64,000 nt of DNA from Raillietiella orientalis (lineage: Eukaryota): the NCBI GenBank assembly GCA_036172245.1, contig JAYWIR010000004.1, positions 1,798,001 to 1,862,000 on the forward strand, in the 5' to 3' direction. A program made the position numbers and the translations under genes. The notes below the pieces were generated by a model. That model worked only from the letters and a program-made list of their open reading frames with translations. It had not been told where the DNA came from and did no database searches. Shown in pieces: positions 1-11,930 of the stretch (its first letter is position 1; each line of letters begins with the position of its first letter).

Positions 1-129
1 TCTCGTTAACGTTTTCGTTCCTCTTGACAACGGAAAGTTCGCACTCCGAATGAATGCAGTCGGGATACATGGCTCATTACGGCAGACGAGCGAGGGGTGT
101 CGCTGTCAAAAACGAATCTGCTGAATTCT

Positions 130-245
130 ACCCCCCCCCCCTCCTCCTCCTCCTCTTCCTTCACCTCCTTCTCCTCCTCCCTTATACTTATTTTCCCTCT
201 CCATCTCCTCTCCCTTCCCTTTTCCTCCCTCCCTCCCAAATCTCT
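130..245. repeat. Homopyrimidine/homopurine low-complexity tract ((CCT)n/CT-rich)
   Basis: Almost pure C/T on the + strand (ccccccccccctcctcctcctcctcttccttcacc...cctccctccctccc). Confidence 0.7.
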
Positions 246-1879
246 TTCGAAAGAATGAGCGCTTTAACAGCGAGTCGGGTGAATTGCCCCAAACGGAGCA
301 ATTTAGGTAGGTGGGTGGTGGACCGACCACGACCACGCACGCAACTGTCCTAGAAATGGTAGGCATTCGCGATGAGATGTGCCCTCCCTCCTTCTTGCCT
401 CTCGAGATCGGCTGCCGAGGAGAGCCGAAGGAAGGAAGGCGAGAGCAAACGAGCCGAGCCGCGGAAGCGGACGAGACCACGGCTTAACGCGCACGCGCAC
501 GCGAAAACATGAAAGGCGGCGCGGCAACTTCACAGGTCCTCCTCCCCGCTCCACGTCCCGAGGCGCGCGCGCAACGCAACTCTCGGGAGCCCCGCCTGAT
601 GGTTCGTTTCGGGCCCGCTGCTGGCTCCCGGAGCAGGCCACGGGCGCTCCCCGGTGGCCCTCGTCCGTGGCTAGCCCGCACGACCGGCCCAACCCCTCCC
701 CCCTCGTCCACTCCACGAGAAGTGGAGATCCCCGTCATCCCGGTAGCCGCCTCACTGCGCCACAGGGGACCGCCATTTTCATTGACATGACCTCTCGGAA
801 TACTTGCACTCTGCTGTCAGCGAGACCCCTCCAGATGGCTCCCTCTCCAAAGATCCTGCGTTCCATTTTTATGAGCCCCGTTGTTTCTTGCAGGGAAGGA
901 GGGCGGGGTGTGGGGAGAGAAAAATACCCTCGTTCGCGTTCCTCTTCCCTCTATGCATTCACGGCACGCCTCGCGAACCCTTCCGCCCGCCGAAAAACGC
1001 TCGCCCCGGCCGCCTGCTGGAAGTGCCGAGCGGGTTCGCGAGAGACGCTCCCGGAGCGTCCGAAAGCATCCTCTTCCCTCTCCGGGACTTGTGCTCGGTC
1101 AACGTTGCTCCCACCGGGAGCGTACCCGGCCCGGTTCGAGGCGGGCAAAAGGCCGGCGAACGGCCCGCTGCGGCGACGCCGCAGCCCAATCCTGAGCAAG
1201 CTGCCCGCGCGCTGCGGGAAAGCTACCGGGCTGTGTGCCCTCAGCTCCTGCCCAGGAGGAGTGACCTGTGTCTCCGGGATCGGACACGGGAGCCGACTCG
1301 GGAAAGGGGAAAAGGCTTGAATCTGGGCAGCGGTCTCCCTCGAACCTCCTCCGGGTACCACCCCGAGGCGCCGGAGCGGTCGAGCCTCCGCGAGGAGAGA
1401 CCTTCCTGCGTGACCGTGGGACGCGCGCACGGACTTCCCTTTGCCTTTCTTGGAATGGGAGCGGATCCGCAAGTCTTGGGGAAAACAGCCGCCCCCTGAT
1501 TCTCCCTAGCCAGGGAGGACAAGCTCTCGTGCGCGTGGGGGGGGGGGGGTATGTCCAAACACCGCGTGGAGTAGGAGGAGGAGTCACACGCACCCGAACC
1601 TCCGCTCCTCGGGCGCTCGGCTTTTCCTCCTCCTTTCCATAAACATCCTCCGCTGCTCAGTGAGATCACCGTAACAGGCCGAAGCATCTGTTGGGCAGCA
1701 GCCGCGCCTTCAAACGAGCAAATTGGCGAACAGGTAGCACGGTGGCCGCACCTGGGATTTCCTTGGCGCTCGATCGGCAGGAGGAACCTCTTCTGGAAGG
1801 TGAATCTCTGAACCTCGCCGGTCAGGGAAGCGAGCAGCGGGACCCGGTTCGCACCGGAAGGTGAATCCGACAGTAAACT

Positions 1880-2040
1880 CCCACTCCTTGGTTCTGTTTC
1901 CTGGAAGGTCGGACCAGGAGGATCGACTCCCATTGTCCCGGCCACTCATCGGGGGCATCCGGTTTCACCCGCTACCAGTGCCGCAACGGGAATGAATGTA
2001 GGCCAACCAGCGCCATCTTGCACGAGGAACTCGAATCCGC
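1880..2040 (-). mobile_element. Partial copy (central domain) of the tRNA-derived SINE-like family
   Basis: Shares ccactccttg..ttcctggaagg..gtcgactcccattg..ccggccactcatcgggggcatccggtttc..accagtgccgca..ggccaaccagcgccatc with the copies at 28.0, 29.6 and 52.8 kb. Confidence 0.75.
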
Positions 2041-2699
2041 ATTGCGAGAAAAGGAGCTCGGCTGTAGGAGAGTGGACCAGACTGCGAGCAGCAGCTCGGA
2101 CGGCGTCCGGCCGATAGAGTGAACGCCAACGCGACGCGCCTCGCGACTGAATGACTCGAGGACTTGGCTTCACCGGCAGCAGAAGACACTCAAAGGCGGT
2201 GGCAGGGTTTTTCCCTGTGGATGGTAATGAATCGTTTCAAAAAAAAAAGGGGGATGTTCACACGGATTAGCACCCTCGAGGTGACGTTTTTATTTTTTCC
2301 TTTCCCCCCCTTCCCCAACGATCACGGTCGTCAGGGCACCACTTAGAGATGTTTTTCCCTCGCGGAAAAGTTTCCTCATCTCTTCCTTCAAATCTTTGCT
2401 GATGCAGCTGCACGAGTTCTCCGCGTAAACACGGGTCCGGGCGTTGACGGAGGTGCATCTGGAGGGAGAGGCGGGACACGGAATTTCGAAATGATGGCGA
2501 CCATGTTCAGCGCGCAGCTCACTCCTCCCCAGCCCCCTTCCCCTACCTGGGTCTATCCGGGAACCGGAGCTCCAGGCTCCTTCAGCTAGTCTTCCTGAGA
2601 CGCAGGAGCCACAGCAGATCGGGAACAAAACGTGCATTCGCTCTTGGTGACGGAAATTCCGGCTGTCTGAATGCCTGGAGGTGGCTCCAGCGGCCGTGT

Positions 2700-2921
2700 G
2701 ATACCCCGAAGGGAACCGGTGCTCCTCGATTCCTGGAAGGATCGCGGAAGGCCGACTCAATGGGGCATCCAGCTTCCACTAGTGCCTCACCTGAAGCCCG
2801 TGGGCCGACCAGCGCCATCCTGCGGGACAGGGGGGGAGGGGGACTCGAAATCTGGGATTCGAACCCGCAACGCTTGGTGTCGCTCGCGAAGACCGCAGCC
2901 GCGCCGGCCGCCAACGTGGGC
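2700..2921 (-). mobile_element. SINE-like copy: tRNA-like head plus central domain
   Basis: Minus strand reads gcccacgTTGGCggccggcgcGG...gcgGGTTCGAATCCc (Pol III A/B-box-like), followed by caggatggcgctggtcggcccacggg...ggcactagtggaagctggatgcccc; it aligns to 52645-52890. Confidence 0.8.
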
Positions 2922-5900
2922 AGATTTGTGGCATAAAAGGGAAAGCGCGTTTGACTCGAGGTCTGAGGAGCTTTCCGGTCCTCATCGCGAGAAGCTGCAG
3001 AATCGGTCCTCTTCTGAGATGCGTGTAGGAGGGGCGCGCGGGAAGAAGCATGTGTTGCGAAAGTCTCCCTCGTGCGCCCAACGTCCCTATGAATTTGCGG
3101 AGGTGTTCGAAGCTTCCCGAGAACGAAGCAACAACACTGACCATTTTCGTTAAGGACTGCTTAGCGGAAGCAGCTCCTCATCCTCACAAGAGCTCCGTCA
3201 CAGAGCAGGCAGCAACAGCAAAGAATATCGTGACCAGCGGGAATACTCATCAAGAGAAGAGAGGGAAGGCTAGAGATGGAAGCAGCCGGGAAGAGGGAAT
3301 AAACTGAGCATCAGAACGAAGAATGTCCTTCAGACATTAATCGTATCTTCATCCCGTCGCCGAAACTCAATCAACTTACGAAAGACGAGAGTAGGAAGGG
3401 ATGCCCCCTTAGCACCATGGAAAGTGCGGAGGTTCCACAATGGCCGACGGCTTTCCAGAAGCGGGAGCATCGGGGATGAGGATGGACAGAAGGAAATCTT
3501 CTAGCACGGAGATAGGATGAGTGAAGTTCTGGAAACAGTCTTTCAAGCAAACGATCTGAGAACCACGGCTTGGAGCAGCGGTTACTAACCAGCCTCGGAA
3601 CAACCACGCTCCCAATTCTCCTACAAACCTGGCATATTAAAGTCAAGATCTTCTTCACAGCCGGACCCCAAAAGCTGGAAAAGAGACGAGAAATGGCCAT
3701 CTCTGCGCTTCTTCTCTCGCGGAAGGAATCCCATCTGCGCCTTCTTGCACATCTGTAAACGACGCATCGAGAGGCAGTTCTTCATTCTGTTCAGCCGAAC
3801 AGACGATTCTTTCAGAGACGCTTGCTTCCATCTCATGCAAATCCTCCGCTGGGACCATCGCTTTTTGATCGGAAAACCTGATTAATATCGTCGATGCCTC
3901 GGCACCGTCTCTAGGCTACAGAATGGACACATGGCCCATTTTTACCTGAAGCTTTCGTCTCGTTCCACGTCCTCCTCGTCGTGCAAACGAGTCATCCAGG
4001 GTTGGGATATCGAGTGAGGCACATCAGGATCGACATCCTAAAGGCAAAAGGACACGACATGCTGGCATCCGAGGGCTGGTGCTGTTTCTGTAGCGATGGC
4101 TGTGGCTGAAGGATGCTCCAACTCTCAACCAGTCTTGTTGCTATTGTCTGCTTCTCGTCCATTCGCTCTTGGGTCCCTCCGTGCATCTTTTGCATCGGAA
4201 AGTACTAGATTGCCGTGGATTGCAAAATGCTGATTTGTAAAAGCAGCCAAACTTTTAACTAGATGAACGCTCAGCTCTTGGAAGATGCGTGAAGATGCGT
4301 CTATTGGGCATCATAACTTTTCCTTCTACATGGAATCTCACGAATCGCAGGTGCTCACTGCAGAAGTTCCCTTGACTAAGGCATACCAGGCAATACAGGA
4401 TTTTCCTGATCGAGGATGAGGGATTCTTTCCCCTTCCAGAAGCAAGAAACAAAGCAGGTCGCCATTGTATATCCCTTGCTGTTTGCCAGACCGAAAGATG
4501 ATTTTTTCTTTCCTTCCTGTTCCGTCGCTTTTCTGGAGCAAGCACTCACTACCATCGCTTCATAATGCCTGTTTCCTTTCGTAAGGCCGTATTGGGAGGT
4601 GTTGCGGGCACTCCCTCTTGCCTTTACAAGGCACACTTATCGCTGAAGCTCCACACGGGTTATGTGACTTTGGAAAACTTCATTATTGGGCACTCTTTGT
4701 CTCATTTCTGTGCAATGAGACATTCTCCAGGAACTTTTCAATGGAGGAAGCGAATTTCCAAATGTTGTTCTTTGTTACTCCGTCGTAGAATTCGGCAGAA
4801 AATGCTCCTATGTAGTGCTGCGCTTTCTGGCAACTGTCCCTCGACCATGTGTCTCTTCTACTGTCAGACCAACAGTGACTGTTGTTGCTCTCTTTCCTTA
4901 GGATTTCCAATGAAGAAGCAGCAAAAATAAAATGAAAAAGAAAGAAAGCAAGCAAACCAATTAGTAGAGTTTCACGAAAATATGTGGCCAATCCTTTACA
5001 TGTCACGATCCTCAGATCCCGATCTATTCAGCTGCAGTACCCTAATACAGGACCCCGGTCGTGCGTGCTTTGGTGAGATGAGCTGCCGATCCAAGAATCA
5101 GCTACATAATAGTGCTTCATTGTTTCTTCTTTTTCCAGGAGCATGGCACGTCATAAAAGAAGCATGTCGCACAAGGTCACCAAGGAGAACACGATCTGCG
5201 GGGTGGAAGTCAGAACATCTTTACGTACGCAGAAAATCCACAAGCAAATGTACAATGCAGAGGAAACTTAGAGAGGGGATGATAGTTCCCGTGGAAGTGC
5301 TCGTATGGAAGCGTGGTATGGCTCGTGTAAGAAGTTGTTTAAAGTGTCCCCGTCGTAGAAAGGAATTTCTTCGTGTCATGTGAAACTGCCGTTGATACCT
5401 ATGTGAAGAGTCAGGGTAGCAGCATCTCAGTGACTGCGTTTCTGCCTTCTGGAACGACTTTCTTGGAAGCACTCGATGCACACCTTAAGGCATGGACCCT
5501 CCCTTTGTCCGTACGCCCCACATGAAGAGTAAACCATGAATTTATAGGTCAGCTGAAAAGAACGAGGTCTTCACAGACCTCTTTTCGGTTTAGCAGGAGA
5601 ACATCTGCCATCTGCACCCATGAGTTTATGCATTTCTTCTCTGTCAAGCAGGAAGGTACTGTAGCTGCGATCACTAGATGGAACAATCCATAGGCGTTTA
5701 CCGAGATCAAAGCGTTGTTGGCGACTAGCAATGGCAAAAAATTCGGTAAATTATTCGAGGAACCAGCCGAGCTCCTTCGTTGAAACAGGACAAAAGGACT
5801 CATGGAGTCGACGGGGTTTTCACGAAGAAACGTGGATTGGCACTTCTGGCAGCCACTGCGAAACACAGAAACAGATTGGAAAGTCCTGTGACGCTTCTGT

Positions 5901-6309
5901 GGACTCTTGAAATATCTCAAGGGACTTGGCATATGACTCCTCGCGTCCGGCATTTTTGCGATCGTGACTTCGATGCTTTTGTGTTGCAGATGCGTTTCCT
6001 GTCCCCAGTTTACTCGGATGAGGCACGAGAGTTCCACTGCGGTCCCAAGCACCCATCATTGACAGTCAGCCGTGTAGCGGCCTCGAGCACAAAATTCGAT
6101 GAGGCCCGTGAGGCGGCGCCATCTCTGAAAACGCATACACGGACCTCTTCTCGGAGAGATCCGTTATTGTCATCAACGTTGTCGTTTTCCTGTGGCAGAC
6201 TTACGCCCATAGCAAACCTACCTATGCAAATTATCTGAATGAGGACAGCCTTTCAGAGCGACAACTAGCAGCAGCAGTAGCAGCAGCTGGAAAAAGGACC
6301 GTCACGTAT

Positions 6310-6465
6310 AGGGAACCATTATGCTCGGGGAAGGATCCCCGAAGGGAACCTCCATTCTGGTTGTCTCCGAATGAAATCCCGAAAGGAATCTGCTTCCCTA
6401 CTCTCTCCGGAGGGACCCCCGAAAGGCACCCCTCCTGTTTGCTCCTCTGAAGAGAACCGCGAAAG
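6310..6465 (-). mobile_element. Fragment of the 3' body of the same SINE-like family
   Basis: ctggttgtctc..ctctccggagggacccc..ctcctgtt..ctcctctgaagagaacc matches 29170-29355 and 27775-27835. Confidence 0.6.
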
Positions 6466-9400
6466 TCGGGCTTATCGTTCGTTGCGCGAGATGACATAGC
6501 ATAAGTTGAACAGCAATCACGCTGCTGTCTTCGTGGCATGTTCGGACGTAATTCTAGACTCGACTACCCATCGTCACAGGCGCCGTGCTCTGCGTCGAGC
6601 GTCCTTACAAAATCGTCCTCATTGGGACGCTGCCGAACAGCTGGTTTTACTTTCTCATCTTTGCTTTCTCACTTTTTATGAGACGGAGCAAATGCACGTT
6701 TTTTCCTCCCTCTAAGGAAGAGATTGGACAGGCTTCGTCTCCAGCTCACCATCCACGTCATAGAGGGTATCGGTTCGAGATCTCGAAGATTCGGTTCGTA
6801 CACCGACGGCCACAAACAAGCACTGGCCAGCTGTCCGCAGAATGCTTTGCTAACGCAACCAGCCGAGCGCCTCAACCTAGTGCAGAGGAGTCCTCGTGCT
6901 TCCAGCGTTTCTCCACCTGGCTGTGGTCGTTTCCAGACTCAAAGGGTTGGCACACTCTTCCTCTAATTGCTTCAGGAATGATTGAAACATTTCTGTCGGA
7001 AAGAAAGTCCGTTCCTTCTATTTTGTTTTTAATCCTCCGGTCCCATTCATAAACACTTCCGTTTATGCATGTGCGTTGAATTTTTTCCTGTCACAGCTTC
7101 CCTTCAGACTCGAGTTCAACGTCATCAAGGAGAATGTTGGTTGATGATGAATAGGAAGGGAGGAAAGTACTCCTTAGGCTGCTCAGCAACTACTTCCGTG
7201 GCTAGCAACTTGACACTCTGTAGCTGCTGCTGAATACGTGTATTGGAAGCTCAAGTGTCACTCAGCAGATGACCCTGATAGCTTGAATTTTGGGGGATAC
7301 TCTGCTCAAATCCAGAAATTCACTCGCAGAGACCTCCTCACGAGCTGTTCTCCGATCGATTCCTCGCGGTCGCATGAAAGAACAACTGAGGCGGTTTGTT
7401 CCGATCTGTTGCCTGTAATGCATGCCCTGGGAAATTCTCCATGGTTTCCACCATTCGGGCATCTTGCCGGAAGCTTGCAGGCAGCTGCCGATCCTGGCCC
7501 GGTGACATCACGCGTGTCCCCTTCGGATACCCCATCTACGCTGGATATCCGGTCACGCTGTCCGCTGGTGCTTTCTGCCTGTTGAGCGGACGATACCTAT
7601 TTCTCGAAGCACCCCGTTGTTCTTCGGGTTACAGGATCCCACCAATGATGAAGAAGAAGGGGCAGTTTCTTGTCCTTAGCCTGTCCTCTTCTGACGGCGC
7701 TGCCACGTTCTCACGTGGGCGGGAGACATCGAGTCTGATCCGGGAGCACCAGTCCGGCCAGTTTCAGATCGTCTCCCAGGATTGCTTCGCTATCGAGGGA
7801 CTGGAGCCGTTTCCCTCGCTCCAGCTTTCCTGATCTGGATAACCAGATGACCTCGCTTCTTGGAGACGAGCTTGGGGAGTGTCACCCGGCCGCTGAAGAT
7901 GGGCGTCGAGGATCCTTGCAACACCTGAGCACCTGAGCCCGCTGCGCATCGGATACGCACTCCTTCTTCTGGGAGTTGCTCGCCATCGGGCAGCAGGCTG
8001 AGCCAAGCAGCGTGCCGTGAAGTCAGGTGGCCGCAGGTCACCTCCGGCACGCAAGGAGGGGTTGGGCTCGCGACGTTGTATGGCGGCCTTCCCCCGGTCC
8101 AGGCGCTTCTCGAGGAAGTAGTCTTGGTGCTTCCTTGCCCCGGAGGACGCGTGCGCCAGAGGCAGGCTAGCGCCTCGCGTGCCTGTCGAAGGTGGTTTCA
8201 TCACATTCGGCTCGCCTTCCCTGGAGGCTCTCGTGACATGGATTGGAGTTTCCATCCAATTCCTCACCCCATGCGCGCTGCTTTTTTTCGAGCAGCCGAT
8301 CGGCACATGGTTGCTATGGGATGAGAGCATAGCAACAGCGCGTGTGTGGGCGGAGCACGTATTCTTCGAGTGATCAGTTGGCGCATCTGTATCACGGGAA
8401 AGGACGCTCGCGAGTGCGTGGAGGTTTTCCCGGGAGATCCGAGAGGATTCCGGGAGGAAAGATGGTGGGAAGCAGCGGTCGCCTAAAGTCGGTGTGGCTC
8501 GGACCAGCAGCACGGCGAGGAGAAGAACTCTGTCTTGAGGGCAGGAGGCGGCGCAACGGGGAGAGGCCTTTGGAAACGGCCTTCGCCCGGGTGTGTCTGG
8601 AGCCTGAGCGGTGGGAACCTGAGAAAAGGGAAAAAGGAGGAAAGGGAACAGCGCCGTTCTCCCCTCCGCTTGCGCTCGGGCCGGAGGACTTTGGGTTTGG
8701 GATACACCTTTGACCCGGAGAGGGGAGGTAGGGATGGAGGGCACGTTTCCGGAAGTGAAAACACCCAAGAAACACCACTAAGCTGCTGCAAGGAACTTCT
8801 CCGAGAAGATGCTGTTGCAGGCCGGCTCGGGCGAGGCGCGCCCCAGACGTGGGGTGAGGAAATTCCGTGAACCCGATTACTCGACGATGAGGGGGGTCCT
8901 TATCGGCGACCTCCCCTCCCCCTCCCTCCGAAGGTGAGCCTTCGAGGTGGAAACTCTCTGGAGGAAGATCCCGAAGTCCACTTCCGTATGGGATCGCCCG
9001 CGGGCTGGCGAACTAACCGAGCGCCTCTCTCCCGAAGCTCCCACTCGCGTCCACGCGCGAGGAGCGGAAGACGCCTCGAGGCGCCGCGGAACCGGGAAGT
9101 TCCCAAAAGGTGATGCGCCGAAAGGAACTCCCTCGACGCCCTACCCGCGAACGGGAGCGAAAGGTCACTGCGAACTGACTTTCGGGATGCGGGAGCCGCC
9201 TGAATCTTCGCCGCCTGAGAGCCGGACTGCTTCTTGAGGATCGGTGCAGACGCGGGTGACGGCACGCGTGCTCTCTGAGCCCCGTCTGGGGAGGCGTCTG
9301 CGCCACACGGGGCGACTCCCGAACGCGCGCTCCAGAAAACTCCAGGAGGCGCTTCTCGGAGGGCTCACCACTTCACAGGAGGAAGACGGCATCCAGCATC

Positions 9401-11789
9401 ATCCAGCTAGAGGACTCCCAGGGTGGAAGGGGGGTCGCCATGGAACCGATGCTCCTCAGCGTCAAGGGACCTTGCAAACGGCGAGCGCCTGTAAGTCGAC
9501 CACCGCGCTCGTGTGGCGGAGTCAGCATCTCGAGAGGACCCTCGGAGGTGTCCCTCTCGGAAGGGGGGAAGATTCGCGACGAAAACGGGGGATTCCCTGC
9601 GACGACTCGTCCCAGCCAGAGGGAGCGCCCTCCCGTTCGTCTCACTACGCGGAGGCCTCAAACCAGTACGGGAATCCCCTCGGATTCCCCCCAGGTTCGT
9701 CCGGGGCTCACCAGATGGCACCACCAGTCCCTGGGGCACGTTGGCGAATTCCTCCCAGCTTCCGCATCTCTGCTCCCTGGTCTCGAGCTCAGACACCCTC
9801 GAGAATGGACGGAACAGGAGTATCCAGGAGGGAGGCGAAGAAAGAAAGCAAGGAGAGGGTTTCTCTGCCCCCCCTCCCCTCTCTCTATTGGCTGGATTTC
9901 GGGGATGCCGGGTTCCCGAGCCGCAGCGGTTAGCGCAGACGGTCCGCCGCTGGTTCCCGGGGAAGGGGACGGGCAGGAGGGGAGCACCCCTAATGCAGGA
10001 ATGCGGAGCCCTGACACGTTTCGCGCGCGGCCCACTTCCCGGCATCTCCAACTTCGCTTTCCAGAAGGGCATCAATTCGTCTTGCGGGAGCCCATCAGAG
10101 AGTACGCGGATCACGAAGCGGGAGAGAGGGAGGGGGGAGGAGGGAACGAAGGTCGCAAAATGGAGTGGTGCTCCTCCTGCGGAAGCCCGTAAATCGCACG
10201 TGACCTACCTACGCTATTCCGTCTCTGGCAGCGAGCAGGATGGAACGAGGGATCTCCGTTCTTCCCCCACCCACCCCTCCGGGCATCCTCGGCTTTCCGT
10301 CGTGGACGCTTTCCTGCCTCCTTTCGCGGGTTCCTCTGGAACGCTCCCTTGCCCCCCTCCTTCCTCCTTCCTTTCGCGCCTCAGGTGCCTAACCACTGCT
10401 TCTTAAGCTGCAGCTTCTCCTCCGCCCCCCCAAACCCCGCCATCCTGGCCATTCTTAGCCACCGTTCCTCAGGTGGCCCGCTGGAGGGTCCCGGAGTTTG
10501 CTCCGGACCCATCAATCACTTCTCTCCTGAATTCCGAAACGCCACCCTCGCCCGACGCGAGCTCCGGGTCACTCCCACGCCTTTCCCCCCCGTCTTCCTG
10601 GCGACGAAGGCCTAGGGGAGCCTTTCCTTCCCGTTGGTGGCAGAGTGCCCACCCATTGTTCTCTTGGCGCCTCCGCGAACCTACAGTGCCCCTCTTTCCA
10701 TCACCGTCGTAGGAGGGAATGCGATCCTGGCATCCCTGGAAACGACCTTGAGCTCACTCTCCGTGCCGCTGCACCTCCTTCCTCTCACCAACGACCTCTG
10801 CATCGCCTCTTTCCCTTCTTTTCTCGGAGAGGACCTCGGGGTTGCGCATCACCAGCCCCGCTCCCATCACCAGCTTTTCCGGGACCTCCTCTGTGCCCGA
10901 GGTGAACCACCAGGGGCTGTCCATCGCGCCCATCTTACTTTCTCCCAGAAATCCCTCCTTCCTCCTCCTCTGGATCGGTTCCCGTCGGCGGGTAGAGTGG
11001 GCCCTCCCCAGCACGCGCTCCTTTCAGGAGCTACGCCCTCGCGATCGGTTCACCGCCTCTCCCTGCGCGGCAGCCGCGCCGTTCATGCGACGCGCGATGG
11101 AAGCCCCTCCTCCACAACTGGTACTGATCTCTTCCCCTCCCACGCGCGCCTCTCTCCCTCCTCCGCGAGAAGGCGCCCAATCGCGTGAGCCGCCCTTCGG
11201 TCTGGAACTTCGATCCTGCCGCAGGAGCCCGCCGTTCGTTCCCCTCCTCCTCCTCCGAGGGAACGGCGGCAGGCTCTGCAGAACAGACGGCACCTCCTTC
11301 TCTGCGCTTGTGCGATCCGGAGCGGGAGACGTCCGCTCACAGACGCACGTGCTCTCGCGGATGAAGAGGACGGGAAGGACGAGGGAGGGGAGGAGTGCAA
11401 GAGGGTGCGAGGAGGGGAACCATCCAGCCGTGCTCCTTTTCCTCCCATTCCCTCCCCATCGCCCGGCAGCGGGGGGCGGCAGAGCCGCCGTCACTGCTTC
11501 GGAGCTCTTGGAGAAGTCGTAGTCGCCGTCTCAGAAAGGGTGCTTTCTCTGCGGCGGTCGTCCATGGCGATGGGAAGGAAATCCAGGCATCCTCCGTGTC
11601 TTTTTTTTTTTTTGTCTCGCCCCATTGGAGTACCGGAGCGGCTGGACGGCGTCTCCAGCGAGAACTCACAAGGCTCTCCCTGCTGCCACGCCTGCGCGGC
11701 GCGCGTGGAGCAGGGAAGGTCATCCCTAAGGAACCACTCTTGCCGATTCCCAGCTGCCGCGAACGCCCGCCAAGTCCTTCCGACACTCA

Positions 11790-11930
11790 CCCCAAGCCTG
11801 AACCCTGATTCAGCGTCATCTTGCGGGGTCTCCCGAAACCCACTGCGCATCCAACTGGACCCTTTGAGGGATTCGAACCTGCGACCCAGGTGCCGCGCGC
11901 CGACTCCGCGGTCACACGACGTCCGTGGAT
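11790..11930 (-). mobile_element. SINE-like copy (tRNA-like head and start of the central domain)
   Basis: Minus strand has gcaGGTTCGAATCCc (B box) followed by ccccgcaagatgacgctg, matching cccgcaggatgacgctg in the 52.7-kb copy. Confidence 0.65.

Noticed and set aside
2853..2921. Possible tRNA genes (also 11870-11930, 29760-29830, 52645-52720)
   Set aside because: They have A/B-box-like motifs but no proper cloverleaf or acceptor stem, and each is attached to the same downstream repeat, so they are SINE heads.
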